Below, piece by piece: positions 22,158 to 33,045 of a DNA stretch of 64,000 bases (positions are counted from its first letter, which is position 1; each line of letters opens with the position of its first letter). This DNA comes from Hyaloraphidium curvatum SAG 235-1 (lineage: Eukaryota > Fungi > Monoblepharomycota). The translations under genes and the position numbers were made by a program. The notes under the pieces were generated by a model, which saw nothing but the letters and a program-made list of their open reading frames with translations, did not search any database and was not told where the DNA came from. The stretch is from contig JAIVFI010000039.1 in NCBI GenBank assembly GCA_025558095.1, positions 186,001-250,000 of the forward strand, read 5' to 3'.

Positions 22158-23798
22158 ATGGAGCCCGCGGCACCCGACAGCGGGGCCGAACCCCTGACGC
22201 CCTCAGAATGGGCAGCGCTGCTCCCCCTCGCCCGCGGGCCGGCGGATCCGGGCGCGGCGGCCAAGGCGGCGCTGCCGCTCGGCGCGCCCGCGCTGTCCGC
22301 CGCGCTGCCCCCCGCGTGGCGCCCCGGCTTCTCCGTCAAATGGGCGCTGTCTGCGCTCATGGGCTGGCACGGTGCCGTGCTCCTCCCGTGCGTGAGCGTG
22401 CTCTCCGCCGCGCTGGCGCCCGCTTGGGCCGTGGGCTGGCTCGCGCGCTCGGGGCTCTCGCCGTTCCCGGATTCGCAGCTGGCGCTGTACGCCGTCCTGG
22501 TGGCCGTGTGCGACGCGCTCTACACGGTGCTGCTGCTCAGGTTATTCGTGCAAAAGTCGGGGGTCGGCTGGGACATCATCGTCCGGGTCCGCGACCACAT
22601 CGACGGCATCTATAACTTCTGCGTCAACATCTGCGAGCCCATGCTGCCGGCAATGAGCCTGGCCGGAGTTGCCCGCTGGGCTGTGCTGTGCAGGGATGCC
22701 AAAGACGGCGGCGAGGAGGGAAAAGCGCGCCCGTCAAAGCTTGTCGCGCACGACCCCTCAGACAGGATGTGCCCGTGCGACGGGAGCGGCCCGCAGTGCG
22801 GCGGAGCGTGGTCGCGCAAGGCCGCCGTGTCGCGCCTTGTCCTCGACGTCTTCCTCGTGTTCGCCGACGTTTTCGCGTACTGCATCCTGCCCTTCTGGAC
22901 CTTTTACGTCTCGCAGGGCGCCGCATTCTGGACCAACCCCTGGACCGCCGCGACGGGCGCCTTCCTGGTCGCCTGGGGAGTATGCGCGATCGCACTGGGC
23001 TCGATGTTGAGCACCGACTACCGCGGCGGGGCTGTGTGCGCGATGGGAATCACCCGGCGCCTCAGGCTGCGTGCGTTCAGGACCGCGCTGGACTCGTTCC
23101 TCGGTCAGATGGAGAAGGCGCTGCAAATTCGGGACGCCGATGGACGTGCGTCCGAGGCGACACGACACAGCATCGCGGACGTGCACGAAGAACCCGATCT
23201 TGCCGGCGCCGCGGCGGGCGTCCCGATCAAGACGGCGCCCTGCGCAGACAGTGCCACCGGAATCGACTTTTCCAGCGAGACCTACGTCGCGCTGGTGGAG
23301 CGCTTTGCCGACGAATGGGATCACGACCTCTCGGATGAGTTCCTGGGCCTGAAGGTTGTCTTCCCCGGCACCAGCGGCCTCGCGCGCTCCGTGCTCTTCG
23401 TCGCCACGGGATCCTGCATCCCGATCTGGGCATGGGGCGCGTTTGCGGTGGAGCTCTGCCACATGGCCTTCATGCTCGCGACCGCGGCGGCCGCCAACGC
23501 GCGCATCGCCGACGTGGCGGTGCAGCTCCGCCACGCGCGGAGCAGGCTGCGATCCCTGCTCGTGCGGAACCCCGTTGCGCCGGCAGGGGCGAGGGCCGCG
23601 GCGGCGGACCACGCGGCGTTCATGGCCGCGTCGGCGGCGCAGGCGGATGCGGGGGGCACGAGGATCTTGGGGTTCGCGGTCAGGGAGGGGTCGGCGAGGG
23701 CGATCGTGGCGGCAGCGCTGACGGTCGCCTTCGGGATCTGGGGGGTCCTTAGGTCGGTGGGGGTGAGGCTCACGTTGGAGATCGCGTGCGAGGTTTGA
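22158..23798 (+). CDS. Intronless 7-TM protein, putative 7TM ion channel (insect OR/GR, plant DUF3537-like superfamily)
   Basis: About 7 hydrophobic helices with a long hydrophilic loop between TM4 and TM5. C-terminal GGTRILGFAV...ARAIVAAALTVAFGIWGVLR resembles the split TM7 of DUF3537/GRL proteins. Start taken at the ATG of MEPAAPDS. Confidence 0.6.
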   Translation: MEPAAPDSGAEPLTPSEWAALLPLARGPADPGAAAKAALPLGAPALSAALPPAWRPGFSVKWALSALMGWHGAVLLPCVSVLSAALAPAWAVGWLARSGLSPFPDSQLALYAVLVAVCDALYTVLLLRLFVQKSGVGWDIIVRVRDHIDGIYNFCVNICEPMLPAMSLAGVARWAVLCRDAKDGGEEGKARPSKLVAHDPSDRMCPCDGSGPQCGGAWSRKAAVSRLVLDVFLVFADVFAYCILPFWTFYVSQGAAFWTNPWTAATGAFLVAWGVCAIALGSMLSTDYRGGAVCAMGITRRLRLRAFRTALDSFLGQMEKALQIRDADGRASEATRHSIADVHEEPDLAGAAAGVPIKTAPCADSATGIDFSSETYVALVERFADEWDHDLSDEFLGLKVVFPGTSGLARSVLFVATGSCIPIWAWGAFAVELCHMAFMLATAAAANARIADVAVQLRHARSRLRSLLVRNPVAPAGARAAAADHAAFMAASAAQADAGGTRILGFAVREGSARAIVAAALTVAFGIWGVLRSVGVRLTLEIACEV

Positions 23799-23889
23799 GG
23801 GCGGGCGGGGGAGTGTCGGGAAGTGCGCTGCCCCCCTTGGATGCATGTATTGCCGCGTCCGTCGCAACAGCATGGATCGAAGTTACAGC

Positions 23890-24035
23890 GATGTGGGGGG
23901 ATCGGGCCAGGCGATGTTTTGGGTGCACCGTGAGCGGGCGACTGTGGATCGGGGCGATGGGGCGCCCGCTCCAGCAAATTGCGTCGTAGATCTGCCTCGT
24001 TTTCAGTGGAATTCGGACTGCCTCGCCCATTCTTT
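23890..24035 (+). repeat. Diverged direct repeat copy B (~140-150 bp)
   Basis: Partner of 21954-22104; lies between the 7TM gene stop and the BUB2 start. Confidence 0.85.
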
Positions 24036-24131
24036 GTGTGCCGGGATGCCAAGCCGGGGTCGGCCGTTGTTGACGCCGTCTGTTTGCTCCAACCAACACC
24101 TCGAATCCCGCGGCCATCGCCCCCCTCCGCG

Positions 24132-25910
24132 ATGTCCGCCGCCCGTGCGCGCCCGCCTCCCTCTCCTGCGGGCCCTCCGCACCGCGCGGCGTCGTCCGCG
24201 TCGTCGCTGCACTCGGCGGACCGGCCCCCGCCGTCGCCGTCCCGCCGCGCGTGGAACCAGGCCTCGCCGTCCCGCCCGCCCGCCTCGCCCAGCCGCTTCG
24301 CCGGCCGCGCGGGGAGCCCGGCGCCCACGGTGCCCAAGCGGCCGGGGTCGGCGTCGGCCTCGGCACCGCCGTCGCCGGCCAAGCAGGTCGGCGTGCGGGC
24401 CGCACGGAGCGCGCAGTACCAGCACGCGCTGCGGGCGCGGTACGAGGAGGTGCTGGGCGGCACGCATCGCACAGAAAGGGAGTGGAGGGACGGGATGCGG
24501 GCGCTGAGGGCGCTGGTGCTCAGCGACGGGCTGCCCGAGGCCGCGGAGGTCGGTTGCTCGCCGGGCACCAGTAGCGGGGCTCCGACGAAAAATGGCCATC
24601 ATTTCCCGCATGCACAGGACGGAAATCGGTGCGGCCTGCGAGGTCGGGTGTGGAAGGCGCTGCTGGGCGTGCAGCGCATCTCGGCGGCCGAGTACGTTAC
24701 CCTGCTGGAGCGCAAGGAGTGCGACGCGCACGACAAGATCCGCAACGACGCGTTCCGCACCCTGGCCACGGACAAGAGGTTCACGGAGCGGGTGGGGGAG
24801 AACGTACTGCTGAGGGTGCTCAACGCGTTCGTGTGGAAGTCCAGGGGTGGGTGTCATACAGGCAGGGTCTGTTTGCCGGCTCATTCGGGCGTCCCTCTAC
24901 CCGCATCACAACGCCAATCTACCTCCATTGGTGATTTCCTTGTTCTACGGGCTCAGACTTTGCGGTCTCGCGGCTCTCGCCCCTCTCCTTCACCTACGTG
25001 CAGGGCATGAACGTCCTCGCGGCCCCCTTCCTCTTCGTCATGCCCGAGCTCGACGCCTTCTACTCCTTCGCGACCTTCATCCGCGACGCGTGCCCGCTGT
25101 ACGTGCAGCCCAGCCTTGAGGGGGCGCACTGCGCCATGAAGGTCGGTGGCGGCCGCGGAGAGGGTGCCCGCCTTGTCGGCTTGCTGCTGACGGCCGATCG
25201 GACGCAGCTCCTCGACATCTGCCTGTTCACGCTGGATCCGGAGCTGTACGCGCACCTGCGGTCCAAGGGGCTCGAGGCCAAGGTGTACGCCATGGCCCGT
25301 GGGTGTTTTGCTGCTGCTGCGGCTTCCGGGCTTCGCCTAACGGCTTCCCCCTCCCCCCATCCCCTTGCAATGCCCGCCGGACATCACACATCCACTTCCA
25401 AACAACCCGTCGACCACCGCCGGACAGCGATCCTGACGTTCTGCGCGTGCATCCAGCCGCTGGACGAGGTGCTCGTGCTCTGGGACTTTCTGCTCGCGTA
25501 CGGCGTGCACCTCAACGTGCTGGCCGTCGTCGCGCAGCTCGAGTTCTTCCGCGACGAGCTGCTCCGCTCCGACAGGTGGGTCTTCCCCGTACGGAGGCGC
25601 CCCGCCCCCTGGGCGGGATCGGATCGCTCACGGGCTGTGCTCACACCCGATGCCTTTGCGCCCCCAACCGCAAAGCCCCATGAAGCACCTCCGCAGCCTG
25701 CCGCCCCTGCGCGGCCGGGCGACGATCGACGCGATCGTCAACCGGCTGCTGCCGCGGGTGCCGGATTCGCTGTACGACATGCTGGCGCGGCACCCGTGGG
25801 ACGCGGCGGTGTACACGGTGCTGCAGACGGTGGACGGGGGGAGCTCGCCGGGCGGGGACGGACTGAGCATGGGAGCTGCGGAGCTGCTGGGGTGTTTCGA
25901 GGTGTTTTAG
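24132..25910 (+). CDS. BUB2: TBC-domain GAP Bub2/Cdc16
   Basis: LRGRVWKALL, DKIRNDAFRTLATD, RVLNAFVW, YVQGMNVLAAPFLFVMPELDAF, LWDFLLAYGVHLNVL, SPMKHLRSLPPL, YDMLARHPWD. Five introns. Confidence 0.93.
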
Positions 25911-26418
25911 GGGCCGGATGCGGCCGCAGATAGAGGTCGGCCGGTTGTGACTCGACTCCGATCTGCGCCCCAGCCGCCGCACTTGCCGGGGGGCCTTTCT
26001 CTGGTTCCAGATTCACCATTGCTCAGGACCCGAAGAACTCCGATCCCGACCAGCTGGGCGACATCGCCTGGCTCGCATTGCCTCAGCGCCCTTTTGCCGG
26101 CCGCCAGGGAGGCCGCCACGGGTGCCCGAGGGCCGCGGACCGCCTTCCCCCCGCCGGGCCGCCCCGCCGGATCTTCCGACGGAGGGCCGCACCGCCCCTC
26201 CGCGCCCACGCCGCGTGCAGACGCCGTTTCCCGCGAGGGCAGCCGGGGTCCCGCCGCGGCGCACGCGCACTTCCGCCGCCCGTCGATTCACTTCGGCTGC
26301 CTCCGCCCCCGCGCCGCATGCCGCTTCGCCCCCGCCGGCCGGCCCCGCTGCCCCATCTCCGCCCGGCCGCGAGCTGCTGAGAGGGCCCGCCGCTCCGCCT
26401 GACGCTCGTCCGCCCGCA

Positions 26419-28083
26419 ATGTTGGACGAAGATGTGACTCAGCCGGCTCCCGGCTCGCCCCCGCGGCCGGTGCCGCTGCCTCCCGGCGCCGCCGACGCGG
26501 CCGCGCTGGACGGCCTGCCGTCGTACGCAACGCCGCTCGCCTCGCCAAAGGGCAAGCGCGTGGTTGACCTCAACAAGGTGCTGGGCGAGCTCAAGATCGA
26601 CACGGGCGCCGCGCAGCACACCCTGCCCGCCACCAGGCCCGCCAGGGCCGTTCTCTTTGCAGAGTCCGGCGCCACAGAGCAGCCCGGGGCCGCCCCGGTC
26701 GACCATGACGCCGCCGGCGCCGCCGACGAGCGCCCGCTGGCCGACGGCCGCAACGACTCGGGCGTCGACCTCGCCGACCCGTCGTCTGGCCGCACCGTCG
26801 TGCTCGTCCGCGAATCGCAGCTGTCGCTGCAGCTCACCTCGTCGTCGCCGCAGCCGCTGGCGGCAAAGGACCTGAAGTTCGAGTCGCCGGACGGCTCGGA
26901 CGCGAGCGAGGTGCTCTGGCTGCCCACCTCGCCGCCCCAGAGCCCCTCGACGCCGCCGCTGCGCTCGGCGCTCAAATCGCCGTCGCCTTCGCGCGCATCG
27001 AGCAGGAGCGCGTCGCCGTCGCCCAAGATCGTGCATTTTTCGCCGACCCACCAGGTCAGGCACTTTTTCCTCTCGGACCCGCCCGCGGACTGCTCCGAGC
27101 CCGTCGCGGTGCGCTACACCCTGCGCAGCATGATTCCGGTGCAGTTCGGCCACCCGCCCGTGCGCCTGGATTCGGTGCGCCTGCCCGACGACCACGCCCC
27201 CAAGCTCGAGGGCAGGATCCTCGTCCGCAACCTGGCCTTCGACAAGCGCGTCTTTGTGCGCTACACCTCGGATAGATGGGACACGTACGACGAGACCGCC
27301 GCCGTCTACGTGTCGGGCGACGGGTACACGGACAATTGGCGCTTCGACGTGGACCTGACGGGCTCGCTGCACAACGACAAGGTCACCACCGAGTACCAGG
27401 TGGCCATCCAGGCCATCATCGGCAACCAGACCTACTGGGACAACAACCAGGGCCGCAATTACGACCTCAGCGTGACGCGCCGCGTGGCCGAGGAGGAGGA
27501 GCGGCCGGACCTGCCCGCGCTCGAGCTCGGCCCGGCGCACGAGGACGAGCCCGAGGAGCGCAGGCTGGCGTACAAGATGCTCGATTCGCAGGTTCCGCCC
27601 GTCTCCCCGGTGGACGACGACGAGCTGGAGCTCGAGGAAGAAAGCGCGGGCGCCTTCCGCTCCCTGCAGGCGCGCGGGCGCCAGGGTTCCATCATCCCGC
27701 GCACCAAGCGCGTCATCCTCACCCAGCCCCCGCCCCCGATCCCCTCGGACAACCCGTTCTTCCCTCCCTTGGCCCCCTCCCCGGTCCCCTCGCCGTCCCA
27801 GGCCGCCCTCATCGCCTCTGCCCGCCCGACCTCCCCGATCACCCCTCCCTCGGCCGGCGGCCCGCCCACCGCCACCCTCGCCAGCGTCGGCACCCCCCCG
27901 CCGCAGCCCCCGCCGGGCGCCTCGGCCTTTTTCGGGGGGCTGACGCCCGAGAACTACGCCAAGATCTTCTCGGCCGCGCCGCCGCCGTCCTCGGGCGACG
28001 CGGGCGGGGGGAGGAGGGGCTCGGACGTGCCGCCGCCGCAGGGGCTGTCGGAGATGTCGAACCAGGCGTCGGTGGTGTACTGA
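26419..28083 (+). CDS. PP1 regulatory (glycogen-targeting) subunit with CBM21 domain (Gac1/PPP1R3-like)
   Basis: LRSALK and RVxF-like KIVHF motifs. CBM21: GRILVRNLAFDKRVFVRYT.D.W...YWDNNQGRNY. Confidence 0.88.
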   Translation: MLDEDVTQPAPGSPPRPVPLPPGAADAAALDGLPSYATPLASPKGKRVVDLNKVLGELKIDTGAAQHTLPATRPARAVLFAESGATEQPGAAPVDHDAAGAADERPLADGRNDSGVDLADPSSGRTVVLVRESQLSLQLTSSSPQPLAAKDLKFESPDGSDASEVLWLPTSPPQSPSTPPLRSALKSPSPSRASSRSASPSPKIVHFSPTHQVRHFFLSDPPADCSEPVAVRYTLRSMIPVQFGHPPVRLDSVRLPDDHAPKLEGRILVRNLAFDKRVFVRYTSDRWDTYDETAAVYVSGDGYTDNWRFDVDLTGSLHNDKVTTEYQVAIQAIIGNQTYWDNNQGRNYDLSVTRRVAEEEERPDLPALELGPAHEDEPEERRLAYKMLDSQVPPVSPVDDDELELEEESAGAFRSLQARGRQGSIIPRTKRVILTQPPPPIPSDNPFFPPLAPSPVPSPSQAALIASARPTSPITPPSAGGPPTATLASVGTPPPQPPPGASAFFGGLTPENYAKIFSAAPPPSSGDAGGGRRGSDVPPPQGLSEMSNQASVVY

Positions 28084-28297
28084 TTGCGGGTCTTTGCGCC
28101 CCGGTTTGGGGGGCCCGAGTGCGATGATTTGGCAATCATGACGATGGACTGTGGGAGTTTCTGGGCTAGGCATGGACAGTTTGTTCCCGGGCGGTTCCCG
28201 GGTTGGTTTGTAGTGCACTGGAATACCCGTGATTGTGGGCGGAATGCCCCTGGGATTCGTACATGCCGCTCCCTTCCGTCCGGAGCGTCTACAACGC

Positions 28298-29232
28298 CTA
28301 CATTTTGAGTTTTGGCGCCGAGGCCAGGTTCCCCGCGCCAATCATGCGGCGGTAGAACGCGCGGTCGTACGCGTTCTCGGGATCCGCGCGCACGGCCTCG
28401 TCGATCCACCTCGCGTCGTCCCCGATCAGGATCCGCCACTTGCCAGCCTTGACCCCGTCCAGAATCACCTTGGCGGCCTGCGCGGCGGTGGTCGGTGCAG
28501 CTGTCTCGAATGCCTTTGCCGTATCGTCTGAATTTCCCTCGAGGCCGACGATCTTGGCGCTGTTGGCGACGATGCCCGTGCCCACGAAGCCGGGCATGAC
28601 GAGGGAGACGCCGACGTGGGGAGCGTTGACCTTGCAGTCTGTGATGAGCGCCTCGGTGAAGCCCTGCGGTGCGTGGTGAGCGAGACGTAACTTCGGCGCG
28701 ATCGCCATTAAATCACCTTCACGGCAAATTTGGAAGCACTGTACGATACATGGGGCGTATTCGGTCCAAGGCTCGCCCAGAAGCCGTTCACCGAGCTGGT
28801 GTTCACGACCCATCCCTCCTTTGAAGCCACCAAGAGGGGCATGAACACTCGGCACCCGTAGTAGACCCCGTACCAGCAGATCGCGAAGCATTTCTCCCAT
28901 TCTTCGCGGGATCCGACCAGGAAGCTGCCTCCGGCACCGACGCCGGCGTTGTTGAACAGGAGGTTGACGTCCTTCCGGCCGTGCCTCAGGACGACCTCGT
29001 CGCGGAACCGCTCCCAGTCCTCCTCCTTGGAGACGTCCGCCCGGTGCGCCGTGACCTTGACACCCGGCGCAGCAGCAGCTGTGGCCAGCCGCAGCGTTTC
29101 AGCACTGTTCGAATCCACGACGTCGCAGAAGGCGACGGAACAACCCTGCTCCGCAAGCTGGACGACAAGTTGGCGTCCCATTCCGTAGCCTCCTCCCGAA
29201 ACTATGGCGAGCTTTCCTCGGAAGTCCTTCAT
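28298..29232 (-). CDS. Short-chain dehydrogenase/reductase (bacterial-like)
   Basis: SGGGYGMG, LFNNAG, NTSSVNG and YSASK motifs. One intron 28664-28716 joins FAVK to GFTEAL. Confidence 0.92.
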
Positions 29233-29430
29233 TGCTCTAATGGGAGACGGTGCGATCCACGTCTCGGCGGGGGAAGGGTAGCTCTTCACCGAGCTCCGGT
29301 GAGAGGGGGGACAGTTTCAACTTGCGCGCTCTATCAGGCGTCGCTTTGTTTACGCCAAGTCAACGCCTTCGGACCCTCCGTACGCCACTCATCTCTGCTC
29401 CCTGAGGTACGAAAAGATCGACCTTGGATC

Positions 29431-29691
29431 ATGTCGGTGGCACGGACCGACTCCCCGCCGGCGGATTTGCCCTCGGGCGGCACCTGCGAGCTGCCGCGCA
29501 AATCCGCTTCCGGCGAGGCGAAGGAGCCCGCCAAGGCGGAGTGCAAATCGTGCGTGGCCTGCTACGAGACGCGCGTGGCACGGGACGAGTGCACGATGAG
29601 CGTGCCGGACTTTGAGGACGTGGAGATGGCGTGCAAGGATCTGATCGAGGCGCACGTGAAGTGCATGAGGGACATGGGGTTCAACATCTGA
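29431..29691 (+). CDS. COX17: Cytochrome c oxidase copper chaperone Cox17-like (twin CX9C)
   Basis: 86 aa: CYETRVARDEC and CKDLIEAHVKC (both CX9C), C-terminal CMRDMGFNI typical of Cox17. Confidence 0.85.
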   Translation: MSVARTDSPPADLPSGGTCELPRKSASGEAKEPAKAECKSCVACYETRVARDECTMSVPDFEDVEMACKDLIEAHVKCMRDMGFNI

Positions 29692-30123
29692 CGACCTCCT
29701 CGTTTACGGACGCGGAATGGATCGCGCTGGTGCTCTGAGGAAGCCGGACCCGTTGTCGGGCGTGCTGGACTTGCCGACACGAGCCAATTCCAGAAGATCT
29801 TGAGTCCCGGTTCCAAGCCTTTTCTGGGCAGCAGTTCAGTGACTCTGTGCCCTATGAGGGTATTGAGAGCTACAGACTCATTGCGTCCCGACTGGATCTG
29901 CCAAATCGGTGGTGTCTATGCTCATCTGTGGAGCAACCGTTAAAACACGTACCTGCGTGAGACTTTGGATCGGATTGCGTTCCGCACGGGCTTGCCAGCT
30001 GCCTGTCCTTTATGAAGCGGGGCAACGGCGGCATCACATAGTTCCTTCATCGTCGCGTATTGCCATTGGCCCACGGGTCGAGATGGCCGGGAACGATGGG
30101 GAATACAGCAAATCCACCGACGA

Positions 30124-32979
30124 TCAAGTCCCGTTTGATGCGGCTGTTTGCGGCTCCTGTGCCAGTCCGTCCACGCTGGCTTCGCGTTCGTGGCGCGGAA
30201 TCTGCTTCTGCCTGGTCCTGCGAGAAGCGGCCGCTGCTCGAGCTGCGGCGTAGTCGGTTAGAGGCGATCTGGAAAGTGTGCAAACGATACTCACCCTGCT
30301 TTCGCGCCTTCTCGTGCCGCTCCTGGACCTCGGTAAAGTGCCGCAGCAACTCTGCCCAATTAATGCCCGCGATCGATGCGGGGTCCGCTGATCCTTGCCC
30401 GGGGCTTCGTGCAACATTCAGGAGGACCATGGAGCCGACGCTGTTCAGACGATTGCGAAGCGTGACAAAGGCGGAGGATTGCGGAAGGAGCATCATGATG
30501 CCGTAGAGGCACTTGTAGAGGTGCGGATGACGTTCCGGCTCGAGGAGCTGCAGGCGAAGGTCTAGAATGTGTCAGCGGGCGCCAAGAAACAAACCGAGAT
30601 ACAGATGACTGACAGGTAAAGACGGGAGACTCGAGGAGCTGGACGAGCTTGTCGACTTGGATGAGCAGGCTGACCGTGACTTCTAGGTCGGCTCTGTTGG
30701 ATCAAGTTAAGCTGAATAACAGCACCCGCGCGCAAACGGCATACATGATCTGAAGCACGTTCGCAGCGTGATCGTAAGCCTGGGCAAGCAGGCACAGCGA
30801 GAAGGCGCTGACGGCGTTGTGGCACCAGCTCCGATACAGCGACGAGAAGAGCGCTGCGGCGTCTGGGGCCCCCGACACCAGGTTTCGAAGCTTCTTCCTC
30901 AAATCCGAGACCTCGGGTGCCGTCATCAGGATCACGTTCAGATTCTGAACCATGGTCCCGGCAAACTCCATGTCGGGGTCGCCCTCCAGGATGCCGGCCA
31001 TGGTGACAAACATCCGTTCTGGGTCAAGGCTCGCGCAGAGGATTCGGACAACGAGTGCCCCGCGGGCCTCGAGCAGTCTCCTGTCCCCGGCAAACATGCC
31101 GAGCAAGCTGACCACGAACCGGCCAAAGTAGGCCTCGTCCGCACCTCCTGCGATCTGGGCCAGAAGCGCAAGGTCCCGGCGCACAACCTCCTCGCTGACA
31201 TCGCTGAGCAAGGCAAGGAGCGCATTGCCTGCGGCACCCTGCACCCGGGTGGGAGCACGAGTCTGCAGCATGGAGAGCCAGTCGATTGCCGCGACGCGGG
31301 TTTCCTCGTGCTCGTTGGCGAACTGGTTCGTCAACGCCGAAACAGTGGCAGAGTAGTCGATGGCCGTCCGCGGAACGAGGGCTGTTGATGAGCCCGAAGC
31401 TCCGTCCGTGACAAGGTCACTGTTTGCGGTGGGTGGGTCTGGTGCCGCCTTTATATGGTCCGAAGGTTCCGCTGTCCGTAGCACAAGCGCAAACAGGGCG
31501 GCGTTGGTGTCCACCGCGGTCTGCTTTATCCGAGACGATGAATGCGAGAGACAAGGAAGGATGGCCCCTACAAGAGCAGGCACGAATGGAACGATGGCAT
31601 CCCCGGCCAAAGAGATGAAGGCGTCGGTCCAACGCAGTGCCGTTGCCTGGGTTTCCTCATCTGCAACTTAGTTAGCTTCAAACCACCACGGTGAAAGTCT
31701 CGCAAAGCTCTCACCGCCGGAAACGAGGAAAGGCGCGACGATCCCCATCATTTTCCCGTAGTCCAGCTCGATCCCTTCCCCAAACACGTATCGCCCGTCC
31801 TCTGGCGCACCCCTGCCCTCCCTTCTTTCCCTCTGCACCGACTCAACCTCGCCAATCTCATCCAGCAGCTCCGCCAGCGCGTTTCCGGTCCGGGTGCGCA
31901 CTTCCTGGTTCGGATCCGAGAGGTATCCGAACAGCCCGTCCAGGAACTCGGGCAGATACCGGATCAGCTCCAGGTCGGGGATCGAGTCAAGAAGATGGAT
32001 CCAATCCACGAGGAAGACGCGGGCATTGGGGTTGACGGCGTACAATCGCTCGCGGAGGAGTGGGACGAAACGTTCAAGAGAAAAGTGGGGTAGGCGAGGT
32101 AGGTAAGGCGGGGTGACGGAGACGCCCGCATCGCCTAGCAAGGCAGGACTTGGAGCAGAGCCCTCCGAGATGATGTCCTTGAGCAGCCTGTCCAGCAGCT
32201 CCGAACCCGACCGCACGGAGGCCTCTGGATCCGACGAGAGCTTGCACAGCGCGTCGAAAAGCTCGTTGAACCACACGAGAATGCCGCCACGGGCGACCTT
32301 CCCGATATTGTAGACGGCTTCACAGGCATAGTACCGCACGCGGGAGTCCTGGTCGGCGAGGCAGGTTATGACAGGTGGCAGGATGGTGGAAAGATGAGAC
32401 GCGATCTCCTGCCAAAAAAGCTATTCAGCGGGAGTCCGTGGTAGCCAGCGCAAAGCCAATGGCGAGAGTATTATCGCGAGGCCAGCGGCTGGCTTCGAGA
32501 ATCGAACGTAAAGTCTCACCGTGCTCCCCAAGGCGATGCTCGCCGCAGCCAGGCCAATGAGGCCACCATTCCGCGAGCTGGCATTCAACGAGTATATGTA
32601 ATCCTTGACGAGCGCTGCGATGATGGCCCGGGGCTTTTCGCGGTCCGACGACGCGAGCGCATCCCGGACGAGGCTGGAAGTGAAGAGTCGGGCCGGGAAG
32701 CATCGATGTGACGCGTTTGAGAGCGCCGGCGCGTGAAACAAGCCATGGTCGGCGCAAATGGCACGATTAAGCACGGAATTGACGCGTTAGACCCCGCGAT
32801 GCGTTGCAGGAGAGCGTGGAACCGGGGTGGGACGCTCAGGGACCGCCGTTGCGGAGGCAGCGGAATCCCCACCGTTCGACGTCCAACGCCGCGACCTTCC
32901 GCTTATCGTAGAGCTTGTCGGCAAGACCGCGCGCCACCGCCGGCGGGAAGGAGAAGGGCGGCGGCTCCGCGGCCTGCAT
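30124..32979 (-). CDS. VAC14: PIKfyve/Fab1 complex scaffold Vac14
   Basis: GLADKLYDKRKVAALDVE, RNGGLIGLAA, DSRVRYYACEA.YNI.KV, SWCHNAVSAFSLCLLAQAY, LLIQVDKLVQLLESPVF, MLLPQSSAF.TLRNRL. About 6 introns. Confidence 0.95.
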
Positions 32980-33045
32980 GCTCACGGTGATCGGGTTCCG
33001 GCGGACGGCGCGGTTTTCACTCCAAACAGTGCTTCCCTCGAAACG

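Noticed and set aside
21954-24035. LTR retrotransposon interpretation of the direct repeats
   Set aside because: No TG..CA termini, PBS/PPT, gag/pol or short TSD visible; kept only as an unexplained duplication.
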